The position numbers and the translations under genes were made by a program. Source: Glycera tridactyla (lineage: Eukaryota). Taken from it: a stretch of DNA of 64,000 bases. The DNA is taken from positions 27,218,001 through 27,282,000 of the forward strand of contig OZ286477.1 in assembly GCA_965644265.1 (NCBI GenBank). The letters run 5' to 3'. Below the pieces are notes generated by a model. It was not told where the DNA came from. It searched no databases and saw only the letters and a program-made list of their open reading frames with translations. Shown in pieces: positions 12,457 to 25,190 of the stretch; position 1 is the stretch's first letter; each line of letters opens with the position of its first letter.

Positions 12457-15400
12457 AGTCGGCCGGCCAACTTCAGGAAATATGCTTCTAAAAAGTTTTG
12501 ATGGCATTTTTTGTTACAAGCAAATAACCACCACAGGTTGGTTGTTCTTGATGTCCTGAGGCGGGTTACGTGGGTTACCACTTTTTCTTTTGATTTTTTA
12601 TGTCAAATTTGGCCTGTCAAAAACAGAGAAAAACTACAATTTGTCAAGATGCTACTTTGGCTTGCAACACCAAGGCTCATCAACTGTAATATGAGATACC
12701 ATAAACATCCACCACCCTGGGAACTCCCCCTTTCCCCTCTCCACCCTCGTCAGGGTCACACATCCCAACCTCATTAACCCTTCAGCCTTTCTTCATTCTG
12801 TGAGTATGCACTGATCCTTGCTGGATACCATGTTTGCTTCTCATCATGTCGATCAAAACTACATGTATATACAGTCGAACCTGTCCACATAGGCCACCTT
12901 TGGTTGCATAAAAAAGTGGCCATCCTAGGCAGGTGATCTCTTTAGAGAGGTCATTTGCTCTTGAAAATATTATAATGGCTGCAGTCAAGGGAGGCCTTCA
13001 TAGACAGGTGGTCATCATAGAGAGATGGTCTCTCGAGCAGGTTTGACTGTATGTGAATTTCAAATACAATAAAACAAGGGATACAACTAGGATTTATATG
13101 TATGATTATTGTTTGGTATTCCCACCAAGATTTTGTTATCCATAGTAGAGCAAAGCACAGGAATGATTGATAATAATTGACCATTCTATGCTCAGATCTG
13201 CCTGAACCAGCCATGGAATTGTTGGCAGTAAAAATAGAATATATTTGGTTGTCTATTGATAACTCCATGTCTCATATGTCTCATATGTCCCATATGAGCT
13301 GTGAACTGATTTTGTGTCAAAATGACTGAAACCCATTTCAGGCATCAAAGGGTCATTTATGAGTATGACAGTAGCCATAGCCAGAGAACATACTTCCATC
13401 TTTATTCCATCAACTATCAGGACATTTGTGGAAGTGAACGGGTTTGAGGTAGACATGGTCCATGGTTGATCTACTATGGTGGAAGCACACAGGAAGGGGT
13501 AGGTGGAATGTCTATATGGTGCAGCTGTCGAAGTGCCGGCAGTATGGCATGCCAACAGTACACTTTCCCCCAACTTTCAGACCACTGCGAGTGATGGTCA
13601 TTGATAGCCATCCTTATCATCAATCCTTTCATCATTACAATGTTTCATCCATTTTTTCTGTTCAATCTATTAGCACAAACACCCACACACACTTGTGTGA
13701 AATTGGAAGCTTGATCTGTACCCATACTTCTATATTATATAACTCACACCAATGGTGAGCAAGTATATCTTATAGGATGAAAAATCAAGTATCTCTAATA
13801 GGATGAAAGAACACCAATCAAGGAAACAACCACACAATGCTAATATTACAGTTTCAAAAGAAGTTTCACAAGTGGGAACAACTACCAATCTCTGAATTGC
13901 CTCGGAAGAAAGAAAGTCCAGGGTTCATGACGCTACTCATGAGTGAAGATCACTGCATGATTCCACCTCAGAGATCATTGTCAGTTGTGTAATTTCCAGC
14001 ACTGACACCATGCCACATACTGAAAAATCCCAAGCTGATTAGATTAATGAAGAAATCAAGAACTGTAGAGTTGAATATAATATAATATAAGTGTGGACAT
14101 TATTATTGATCTTCCACCAGGATGCATTTCCAGAACACATTTGATAAGCTGGTAATCATATCAATATTCTGGCAGAATGAAATACTTTTTAATTTAAGAA
14201 ATACATCAGCACTAACCTAAGAAATGTATCAGCATTGGATTTTCTCAGGAGATAATAATCATTGGCAGAATATTGGACAATGACTATGCAGGCTGATGAC
14301 GAAGGTGACACTGATTAAAATGATTTATACCAAGCAAAAGGCCAATAGCTACCACATAGAAATGTTCTCCAAGAACTGGTACATGGGGTGTCTTTGACAA
14401 GGAACACATGAAGGTAGCAATTCCTGTCAGGTTATTTTCATTCCTTTTCACATACTCTTTGAAGGCATCACAAGTGCAATTGGCTCTCATAGAGAAATGG
14501 GAGAACCAACCAAGGTTAGAATGTACAGCAGAAAAAAATGGTATTACTATTTCATGCAGCAGGACATACAGTTAGGATGGGTACAATCAAGAGGACAGAT
14601 ACTACCGTAGCAATGGATATTTTAGCATGATATGAACAGAATGCCAAAAGTGTTGAGAAAGTTCACACCTTGAACCTTGGATATGTACCAGCTGTGTTTC
14701 ATAGAGATATGGCAATTGATTGACATATCGGATCAAAGATATTGATGAAAGTAATGCAGAAAGCATGGTCATGTTGAAGGGTTATGAGTAGTTGTTAGCA
14801 ACTATGTATGAACAAAGGTCAATATGTGTCATCATATTTCCTTCAATAAGTGAAGCTAATCCACCAATAACTACATGTGGCATGCTGCTATTCCTTCAGG
14901 CCCCAGCAGATCAAAATTATTCTTCGACCAATGTGATCAATTTATCAAATTGCATCAGATTGATCAATTGTCTCACAAACTTGGACAAACTTATATTGAT
15001 TGCGGTTGAACAGTTCTCGTGCAGTAGATGAAATGAACTTGATGACTGATCCAGAAAAGTATAAGAATGTCATTTTCATTATGGTTGACTGATTTCCTGA
15101 AAGAAATAGGTAAGCACTGGGACCACTGGCTGGGATGATATTTCTGGGTCCAGTCAGGATTTTATGCATGGTAAGTAATGATGGATTGAAATGCATACCC
15201 TGCAGTGAATCAGACACACTGATGAACCAAAGAAGCAACGTTTCATTTCAAGTGAAAATGATTCTTGGACTGGTTAAATGTTAGTGGAATGGATGTAAAA
15301 TGTCTGTTTCATAAATTTTCACCAGTTGGGGACTCAGCACATTGATTTCAATTGGTGTATAATGGCTCTGTATTATGGCTTTTCATAGCAATCCTCACAA

Positions 15401-16505
15401 ATACTATTTCAAATTAATTTATGACAAGTTTCATGTCATATCCATATGATGTGGCCTAGGTGAAGCATCATCCCTTCTCTTTTTCTCAATATCATTTGGG
15501 TTGGGGGTTGAAAAAAAATATGCCTTCAAAATAAATTCTCTATCATCTGTCTCTAGGCAATCTCTACCAAAATTACACCATCACATGTCGCATCACTCTG
15601 AGCACTTTCATATTTCTTCAGTGAAATAATCTCATTTGAAGGTGGCTTATGGTTTACCTGTCACAGATATTGTCATCATTTGGAAACTGGGTAGCACACA
15701 CACCCTTTCTGGGTTACTAGGGCTGTGACTAGCTTCACTGGGAAGTGTGATGACGTCATACTGTGAGCATAGGGCATCCATTATTGTGAAACTGGTTTAA
15801 AGTCGATTTTTCATAATTTTGACACATTGGTCAAGTATTCTACAAACATGATGCTTTCCCTTGTTTTGAGCACTGCTGTTTGCTCAAACAGTAAGTATTG
15901 CCATCAAGATTGAGTGTCAGCTTCCAGCCAGTCATATAGTCAGATGTGCCATCGCTGGGTTGACCGTGTTCATGCCAGATAGGTAGAGGTGTGTCTGAAC
16001 AGTCAGGGTTTGTGAGAGTGATGTCTGCAGGGGAGCAAACATCTAGTTTCATTGACCAGGAACACATGGCATACACAATCCGCTGGGTTTATACATGGTG
16101 TTAAACCTAAACCAAACCAAAACAAACTTTGTGATCCAAATTGGGAGAGAAAATGACCAAATTCATCATTTTCTTACAGATTTTCGACAATTTTCTAATT
16201 CAGATCCACCCTAAAACATTCCTATATGCATGGTAGTCATCTAAATAAGGAAAGATTGAAGTTAATCGTAAAAGCTGACCATGTTTCTGGCTTGTATATC
16301 TGCCAATGATGGTACCAGGGCATGAGTAAATGCCTTCTGACATCCTCCGTGAAAAAAATGAAAATTTCACCTAAACGATCAAAATTTCAAGTGGTAACCA
16401 TCCCTACCTTAAACCCAGATATATTTAGCATACATCAAGCATGGTTACCTGCTTGTAACAAAAAATGCCATCAAAAGTGTACTTCAGCTTTTTGGCCGGC
16501 CGACT
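12457..16505. mobile_element. Decayed ~4-kb DNA transposon with long imperfect terminal inverted repeats
   Basis: The left end AGTCGGCCGGCCAA..TTTTGATGGCATTTTTTGTTACAAGCA..TAACCA..CTTGATGT..GGTTACCACTT..TTTTGAT is matched block for block by the reverse complement of ~16345-16505. AT flanks both ends. The interior is stop-riddled, protein-like sequence. Confidence 0.7.
12872..13049. mobile_element. Tc1/mariner MITE related to 4663-4839, nested in the 4-kb element
   Basis: TA-CAGTCGAACCTG...CAGGTTTGACTG-TA; internal sequence colinear with the 4663 copy. Confidence 0.85.
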
Positions 16506-17373
16506 ATGAAGGCTGTCATGTTTAATAAATAAGAAATATTTTGATTTACATCTTACCATGGTGGTATTTGAAGCAAACAATTAATATTTGATATAATGAC
16601 GCCATAAATTCTCGAGAGGGTGAATAATTTAAACTTAGAAACAAAATCAATTTGTTTTAATTTTCCTGTGCTTCAAACGGAGTGTTCAATCTGAATCAAA
16701 CATGATGTCAACATCTGTTGGTAGGAGATTCCAGACACGTGCTGCATTGATAAGTTGACATAAACTTGCTCTATGTTTTTCAACATGCAACTTTGCCTGT
16801 GTATGTCTCACCACTGAGAGGTAATGGCTGGCTTGTAACGGATGCATTTACTCATTACCAGAAATGAGGGTTGGAAGGTTTAGCACACCACAAAAACACC
16901 TGTCATTCTTGGAGGCCCTCTGAATAATGTGTCAGTTACCTATGGTCACAAGGTACATCAAGCTGAAGTCCTGGAAGACACAATTGTCGTCCATGCTTAT
17001 TGAGTTTAGCAAATCAGCACTTTCATTTGCTATTGGTATGCTGGTGGCGAGTTACTCTAAAGGAAAATAGGCCAGATGTCCCATTACTATATACAGTACC
17101 ATGACGCATTCTGCAGAATTCACAGTCAAAGCTGGAAACCAGTCCGGTTATTAGAGTAAGCAGTTCTGTGCTGCTTGAGATTCGCTTGAAGGCTATCCTA
17201 ATATAGATATCAGTCAATCTGACATTTATGATTTTCACACACTGAAATCAACCTGACACTTGACTGAAGGATTATGTCACGCGAACTTATCATTTGACAT
17301 ACTGATTGATTAATTGATTGATTGATTGATAGGTCATCATGTCCTCCACCCGTTTCCCTAATAGCTCGGTGGC

Positions 17374-18024
17374 ATTGAGCTTTTCTTTCTGAACAAGTAT
17401 CACTCCTTTCATGAGGTGATGTTGAGCTTTTCTTCCTGAACAAGTATCACTCCTTTCATGAGGTGATATTGAGCTTTTCTTCCTGAACAAGTATCACTCC
17501 TTTCATGAGGTGACGTTGAGCTTTTCTTCCTGAACAAGTATCACTCCTTTCATGAGGTGATATTGAGCTTTTCTTCCTGAACAAGTATCACTCCTTTCAT
17601 GAGGTGACGTTGAGCTTTTCTTCCTGAACAAGTATCACTCCTTTCATGAGGTGATATTGAGCTTTTCTTCCTGAACAAGTATCACTCTTTTCATGAGGTG
17701 ATATTGAGCTTTTCTTCCTGAGCTAGTATCACTCCTTTCATGAGATTATATTGAGCTTTTCTTCCTGAACAAGTATCACTCCTTTCATGGGGTGATATTG
17801 AGCTTTTCTTCCTGAACAAGTATCACTCCTTTCATGAGGTGATATTGAGCTTTTCTTCCTGAACAAGTGTCACTCCTTTCATGAGGTTATATTGAGCTTT
17901 TCTTCCTGAACAAGTATCACTCCTTTCATGAGGTGATATTGAGCTTTTATTCCCGATCAAGTATCACTCCTTTCATGAGGTGATATTGAGCTTTTCCTCC
18001 TGAACAAGTATCACTCCTTTCATG
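17374..18024. repeat. 47-bp minisatellite, ~14 copies
   Basis: Unit ATTGAGCTTTTCTTCCTGAACAAGTATCACTCCTTTCATGAGGTGAT; GAGCTTT at 17377, 17424 and onward. Confidence 0.95.
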
Positions 18025-18754
18025 CTATAATTGAGTCAATCAGGGTCGTCAATCCTGAAACAGGTGTGAAGCAGCAAATAGCGGTAGGCGCTGGGGCAGT
18101 TGACCCATAATATCACCCCATTAAACCACCCAGAACGTCGACCTATTGAACCGGATCGGGCATCGAAGAATATAGGTATTGCTGAACTCTTGGCTTCTTC
18201 CACCCGACAATATTACTGGATCCCATCATCTCTTGTTCGGGGTTTGTGAGATCCATGCAAGTAGTGGACAGACCATCCATACTCCAGGGATCAATTACAG
18301 CAGGCCTTCTTAGATGGATGAATAATATGGTCAATCAACAAGGGCCCTATGAACTTGAATAGCTGGATGTCGCCCTGAAATATCTTGATGGACATTGTGG
18401 TCTATGTCCAGTTTTAATGGATGCAATTAGTTTGTTTGAGATTAAAAGGCTCGTATCAACAGAATATGAGTGCGCGTGACATTTATCCCTGATAGATGAA
18501 TGCAGCATGCGCTGTCCTTGACAGACATCACTACCCAAACCCTAATCACGAGATGATGAATATAGAAGAACGTAGCACGAGGAAAAGCACCATGCACCGG
18601 GAATTTGTTCATCAATGTTCCAATCAATGTTCCAACCTTGGACTATACAGGGATGTCGTGGGTCAGCGAATCAGCGGATTTCCGGGTTTCAGGTCATAAA
18701 TGCAGCAATCCATGCAAATGACAGAAAAGAGCATTTCATGCTGATTATTTGGGA

Positions 18755-18922
18755 TTTTAGATCATGAAAATCGGAAAGGGGAGATAGGGCTCGTAGTCAA
18801 TATGCAGTCATAGTAGCCATTATTTAGCAGTTTGGGGGGGGGGGGGGTTCTTGGTCCACAAAATATGGGAGCGAAACGCCTCCGGTCAGGTTTCCAGTGT
18901 CTCTGGTTGTGAGCCAATCACA
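18755..18922. repeat. Dispersed repeat, copy 1 (copy 2 at 23046-23212)
   Basis: Shared TTTTAGATCATGAAAATCGGA...CCGGTCAGGTTT(C/T)CAGTGT..TGGTTGTGAGCCAATCACA; probably a non-autonomous transposon fragment. Confidence 0.7.
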
Positions 18923-20319
18923 CTGCTGACTATATCAGCGGTGGCGGTGAATAAAGATGTAGAAAAACTTGTTCTAGAGAGCACAAGTACTTGAGCTACA
19001 GTTTTTTCATGTCTTATGTCACGAGCATATTGACATGGACGCACTTCAGATCGGAAATTCAGATAGGGTATGTTTCATCTTCTGATAAGGGTAATCAGGT
19101 ATCAATATGAACACAGAAAAAACGTGTTTGCTTTGCTTTAGCACTTGTAATAGAGAGTGCTATCGAACGAAAAAAGCCAAACAGTTTCAAGGCTAGACTG
19201 AAGGTGTGTGTCCAAGAAACTTCGACACCACCCTTTGGATGAGATGCGGGTTACGAGGCGTCAGATGGAAATTTTCCCTCCAGCTTTGAACGTTGTGTCT
19301 CTTCTGTTATGCAATAAATTGAATTTGATGATATGAAACATTCACGGTGGTCTTCCGCACCTGCAGTTCGATGGGTGGCATATTTGCAAATGTGAGTTTA
19401 GAATCCAGCTATTGAAAGTGTTCAGGAGAGTGGTTATCACCGATTTATGCCAGGTGAACAGTCAGTCAGTCAGTCAGTCAATCAGTCAGTCAGTCAGCNN
19501 NNNNNNNNNNNNNNNNNNNNNNNNNNNNNNNNNNNNNNNNNNNNNNNNNNNNNNNNNNNNNNNNNNNNNNNNNNNNNNNNNNNNNNNNNNNNNNNNNNNN
19601 NNNNNNNNNNNNNNNNNNNNNNNNNNNNNNNNNNNNNNNNNNNNNNNNNNNNNNNNNNNNNNNNNNNNNNNNNNNNAATCAACCGGGCAACCTACTCTTC
19701 GTATTGCCAACTGAGGACAACTACAGAAGTCCTTTAATAATAGCTGAACTCACAACGCATCATTCATCCGGATGCGAGAATAAATGATGCATCTGCCTTT
19801 GGATAGTAGTGTGGCATCAGGACACATGACGTATGCTATGGCTAGTAGCCAGAATATTTGATGGCAGCCAGCTCTTGTATATTGCCCCTTGGAACAATAT
19901 TAAAATTGGTATTGGGCATCAAAAGGACTGGAGTAATTCCTGACCGCGTTATTAATGCGAGCAGTTTGCGTGTAGTGGCTCGTATGCAAATATAAGCCAG
20001 CCATCTTGGGATCTATAAATCAGACGGGCCTGATAGGTGTGTGCGCGGGTTTTCTAATATCATTCCCTTATATGAAACTCCTTCATCTTGGACTTGTCAC
20101 TCGCTCGCTTCCACGCTCGCTCCCCCCTGCGTCTGATATGTGCGCAGGACTTGGCCGGGACCCCTCCTGCATTTGTACTTGTCAATGTTACACGTTGAAG
20201 GAGGTGAGGGTGGGGACGGGTGGGTTGAACAGTGCTGGGGCGTCATCCAACATCTGTTCTTGTCGCCGCCATTGGGAAAAGAACAAAGATGGATGAATTG
20301 GTGCCTGGATAGAAAGGAC

Positions 20320-20462
20320 AGAAAAGATAGAAAGTGAGAGACAGAGATACTGAGAGAGAGGAAGAGGGAGATAGAGGGAAAGAGAGAGAAAGAGAGGGAG
20401 GGCAGGCAGGTAGGCAGGCAGGCAAGTTTGCAGACAGGCAGACGGACGGACGGACGGACGGG

Positions 20463-20554
<92 letters not shown>

Positions 20555-20718
20555 AGGAATGGGGAGAAATGGGACAGTGCGAGAAAGAGAGAGAATTAGA
20601 TGATGTATCAGACAAACATACAGACCGACCGACACACTGTCAGTCAGTCAGTCAATTCAGTCAATTCAGTCAATTCAGTCAATTCAGTCATGCAGTCAGT
20701 CAGTCAGTCAGTCAGTCA
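20320..20718. repeat. GA-rich tract, (GACA)n and (CAGT/CAATTCAGT)n microsatellites
   Basis: Direct tandem repeats; explain the VCLS and QTDR ORFs. Confidence 0.95.
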
Positions 20719-23045
20719 TAGGTGTAGTTGATTCAACCAGTATACAGATAGTCGTATAGAAAATAGAACACGAAAGAAAAAAAGCACATGTCAATCCATA
20801 CGCACTTTGATCCATGTAACTTGCTCTCCTATATCATGGCCATAGTAATATGTTGGTCTTTGAATCGCATAGATCACTGACCAGGCCTGATTGAGGTCAA
20901 ACACCTGACATGAACATTCACGCAGGGCCTGCTACCCTGACAGACACCTGCACTCACAATATGGACCAAGCGGCCCCTAAATCGATATTGCATCAAGTAA
21001 CAGTCCGCTGAACATGTGAAAAATGTCGAGATGGTTTGTTTGTATAAATATGGGCCAGTAGACCAACCGACTCGCAACTACCCTAGAAAATACAAACAAA
21101 AATAAGAGCAACGATGGATCACCCTAGCCGACGCCCTCGCCTAAGCCAACCGACTCGGTGGTTCGTTTCATGATGTCGTTGGCCTCAGCAATCAAACATG
21201 AGTTACTGTGATAGAGCACACATTCCCTGCTTACTTCCCACAACGTTACATGTAACCAACTATTGCCCAATCGGTCGTTCACCGTCGAGCAGATCGTGAT
21301 GCCGACGAAAAATTACACATATATTCTCCATTGATTTCAAAACTGATAAAGCAATGCATAGCATTTTGATTAGGATAGATTCATCAACTGAACGCATGCC
21401 TGGGGGAGTTTCTTCCATGCAGAAAATCGAAACCTGTCTACAAAGATATAAAGATAATCCTTGGTGAATTGAAAATGTGATTTTTATGGACGGACTGTTT
21501 TTGCCACTTCTTCAATTGCATGGATAATGATCTTCCCATATTCTTATTGTCCCCTTTCCATGACATCAACTTGGCATTTTGGACCCACAACTTGACGAGC
21601 TGGGAAGATTCTGGTACTTCAATCTGCTTTCGAATTGAATGGACCCAAGATTTTCTTCGAAATGACCAGAACATCATCACTGGGACATTCATTACTTTGT
21701 AACTGGCAGATTCTCTTCACATATCAGAACACCACCGTTCCCTATGGAATTTATCAGACGATGGGTGCTGAGGCAAATAGACTAGACAGATATACTGAGA
21801 CCTATGTCTCTTTAACAACTACTTCTTCGTTTGAGTGGGTTGCCTCATTGTTACTGAAGCATTTCTGTCTTGACACTGTTTTGACAACTCAAACTAGCCC
21901 CTCACGCCATCCACCCATGGTGCTGGTTTTCGAGGTTACTTTAATTTTTCATGAAGGAAAATTGAGAAATAAAAAAAAAATACCAAAATTAAAATGCAGA
22001 AAAATGAATTCAAATTTCTTCAGACAATATCCTTTGCAATACAACACTTTTGGAATGCAATAATTTGCACAATGTAGAATAATTGCGAAGTAAAATAGTA
22101 GTCTTCAGTCCGAAATAAATCATGTGGTGTCGGGAGGAGAGAAAAAAAAACACTCAATCAATCAATAAATAAATCGATCAATCCAAATGAAAGACCCACC
22201 CTAGCTTCATGTTGCATGCAGTCTATTACCCGATATAACCAATATCTTATGCCAACCAATTTTTCGGGAGGCATTCCATCATTTGCAGCAACTTTGTTAC
22301 AAATTTGTGAGTGGGTGACCTGCGTGACTGGCCGTCATCATGGGAGGCAACAGGAACCAGCGAGTTAACCATCCACCATCCAACTACACTACGTGGTTCA
22401 GCATATGCAGTAATAGTGAACACACAGTCGGTGTTGCATCCAGGAGATGGATGGATCAGTTGACACATATTTGTTTGTTTTATTGTTTTTTTGTTTTAAT
22501 TTTTCGACACATGTTCGTTGGCTTTGGCCCCCTTTTCTGAATGATATTGGACCAAAAAACCCATAACCACTTACCGTTGTTACGTAAATGCCCAGTGGTC
22601 TCACCTTTGATGGTTTATCTCCACTGTTTGTTGTGTTGGTGGAAGGCATGGAGAAACATCTCTTTTGATAACGAATGCTATATGAATAATTCTATGGGTA
22701 TTTGAATAATATCCATGATAATCAATTGTTGTTGGGCAGCTTCTGCCTAATGAGGCCAGATAGGGTGTGTAAAGTACTACAACTATTCAGCCCGAAAGCC
22801 ATGAACAACAGTGATGAGGTTAGTTCTGATATACAGTGTTAATCAATATACTGATAAAGATTTTTCCCCAGATCGTATTCTAGTGTCATTTGGGTATGTT
22901 CACCTGCCTTCAGCTGTCACACGCCTTCAATCAGCTTGTTCAAACCCAAAGATTTCGGAGGAAATCATGGGAGCATATTCTCGTTATATGAATTAGTCAG
23001 TTGCTAGGGAAGTGATTCTTTCGCGGATCCGCTGTTTATTTTGGC

Positions 23046-23212
23046 TTTTAGATCATGAAAATCGGACCATTATTGGTGGAGATAGAGCACAGTGTTTGTA
23101 TGGAGTTCTAATAGCCTTTTGTCACCAGTTGCTTGGGTTTGTTGTCCAACAAAATCTTGGTAGAAGTGCTCCCGGTCAGGTTTTCAGTGTTTTTGGTTGT
23201 GAGCCAATCACA
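23046..23212. repeat. Dispersed repeat, copy 2
   Basis: Colinear similarity to 18755-18922. Confidence 0.7.
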
Positions 23213-24820
23213 TCCCTGTATATGACTTATCGCATATACACAACCATGTAGTAATGCGCATCGGAGATATATGTATACGATTTGAAAGACTCATTATTTG
23301 ACGAAAATATTGTCAAATGGCTTCTCTACTTTGGGTCTATGCTTTGGTGGCTTGAACATGGTATGCAGCAAGGCGCAGTAATGTGTCCTGATGATATGAG
23401 GATGCGGCGAGCCTGCATGAATGGTGGCATATTTCGATAGTTACAGGCCAGGCCAGATAATAGGCTTGGTAGGCTAGACGCATTATGGCAACGATATACA
23501 GCCTGAATGCACGAGACTTGACTCACAAATGATATACACACTAAATGATACACTCCATAGGTTTTGTCCCTGTTCCCTCATTTCTGTTGTATTTGTTTCT
23601 GTCCTTTGGCTAGTCGCAATCTCCCCATCCCCTCATAGTTTGTATAATGCAATGGGCCAATCAGTTGTAGCAGACCAACTATTATAATTTTCCAGAGATG
23701 TCAATCATCATGATCTAAGAGTAATGATTACAATTGTAAACCCCGGTATATGAGCTCAACATAACTCAAATGAACTCCTTTTTCGAAAGTATTCTCAGCA
23801 TTAATCTTGAAATGTTGTCATCATTACTATGTTGTCAACAAAGATTGACTTGCTTGTTGATGAGTAATGTTCACCTCACCTCTGCCAATATCTTTTCAGT
23901 ATCCTATTTCACACTTAGCATCTAGAACCATTACTCCAAGATATTCATTATCCTCTCATTCGCCTGTGGATAATGTAGCAATTCATAGTCTTTCAAATTG
24001 CACTAATTTAAAATTCAGTCATTTAAGGTTGACATTCATTCAGTTTACAATGTTCAATTCTTATATTTATTCTGTGGAAATACCAGCTCAAGCCTCATGG
24101 TCGTTCTGTAGAGTATGTAGCTTTTGCAGCATTTATAGCAATTTCGACACTCATCCCAAACGTTTATTTTTGTGTCACTTTCAAGAAGTTTCTTTCAATC
24201 CGCCGATTATTCTTTGTCAGTTGCTGCAAAAGCAAAGCATTTCATCACGGGTTGCGGATGTCCCTAGTGGCTGGTGGGGCTTACATGGTTGAGGGCTTGA
24301 CGGAAAGTACGGATATATTGCAATATCCGACGCAAAATGGTTAGATACATTCGTTTGCCTGACACAGATAGATTAATACCATTTGCTGACAGGACGGGAA
24401 GGAAGGAGGTCCTAGACGGGAGAAAGGTGTCTCCTGTATCTGCCCAATTCCTAGAAATATTAGAAATGGCACATTCGTCACTCATAACCCTTTATTCCCC
24501 ACATTATATTGTGCCCCCATCATTGTGAATTTGCAGTACTGATTATAATTTTGGGGCCACAATTCTGATATTGTCCACACACTATCACTCACAAAAAAGC
24601 TTTCATCCGATCATGTGCACTACTCCTCTCTTTACTGCTGGAAATTTTACATTCTTGCTATATTCTAAATCATCAAAGTGTGGCTGGTAACGGTATTTGC
24701 ACATCTATCTACCATCTATGTCGTCGTGTTCGGTGAAGTTATGTCAAATTTCATGGACAAGATAGCCCCCCATATTTTCAACTAAGGCAATGTTCCAGTG
24801 GTTCTCTTCATTGTGAATTT

Positions 24821-25190
24821 TGGTTGACCAGCCCTGATGGCGAAACAAATTGACCGAAGATACAGGCTATAGCTTGTTCGGTGGTTGACCAACCGAATTG
24901 GCCATACGTCTTGAAAGGTTGGATTTGACTTTTAATGAAAGGGACTACAGCTTGTTCGTTGGTCGACCAGAAAGTCTTGAAAGGTTGGAGGTGACTTTAA
25001 AAAGAACGGACTTTAGCTCGTTTGGTGGTTGACCAGCTCAGTTAAAGAGAGGGGTCGCATCTGGAACGGACTATAGTTTGTTCGTTGGTTGACCAAAAAG
25101 CCTTGAAAGGTTGCAGGTGATTTCAGAAGGAACGGACTTTAGCTTGTTTGGTGGTTGACCAGCGCAGCTAAAGAGAGTTGTCGCATCTGG
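24821..25190. repeat. Dimeric ~60/66-bp minisatellite with a conserved GACTWYAGYTYGTTYG(G/T)TGGTYGACCA core
   Basis: TGGTYGACCA at 24821, 24882, 24960, 25026, 25086 and 25152; alternate spacers are homologous to each other. Confidence 0.8.

Noticed and set aside
18180-18560. Protein-like frames with scattered stops (also 21440-21700, 23860-24260, 52700-52950, 58250-58540, 61600-62000)
   Set aside because: Probably old transposon coding relics, but no diagnostic motif could be assigned without a homology search.
24821-25190. CRISPR array
   Set aside because: Spacers are mutually homologous and variable in length, there are no cas genes, and the context is eukaryotic; it is a dimeric minisatellite.
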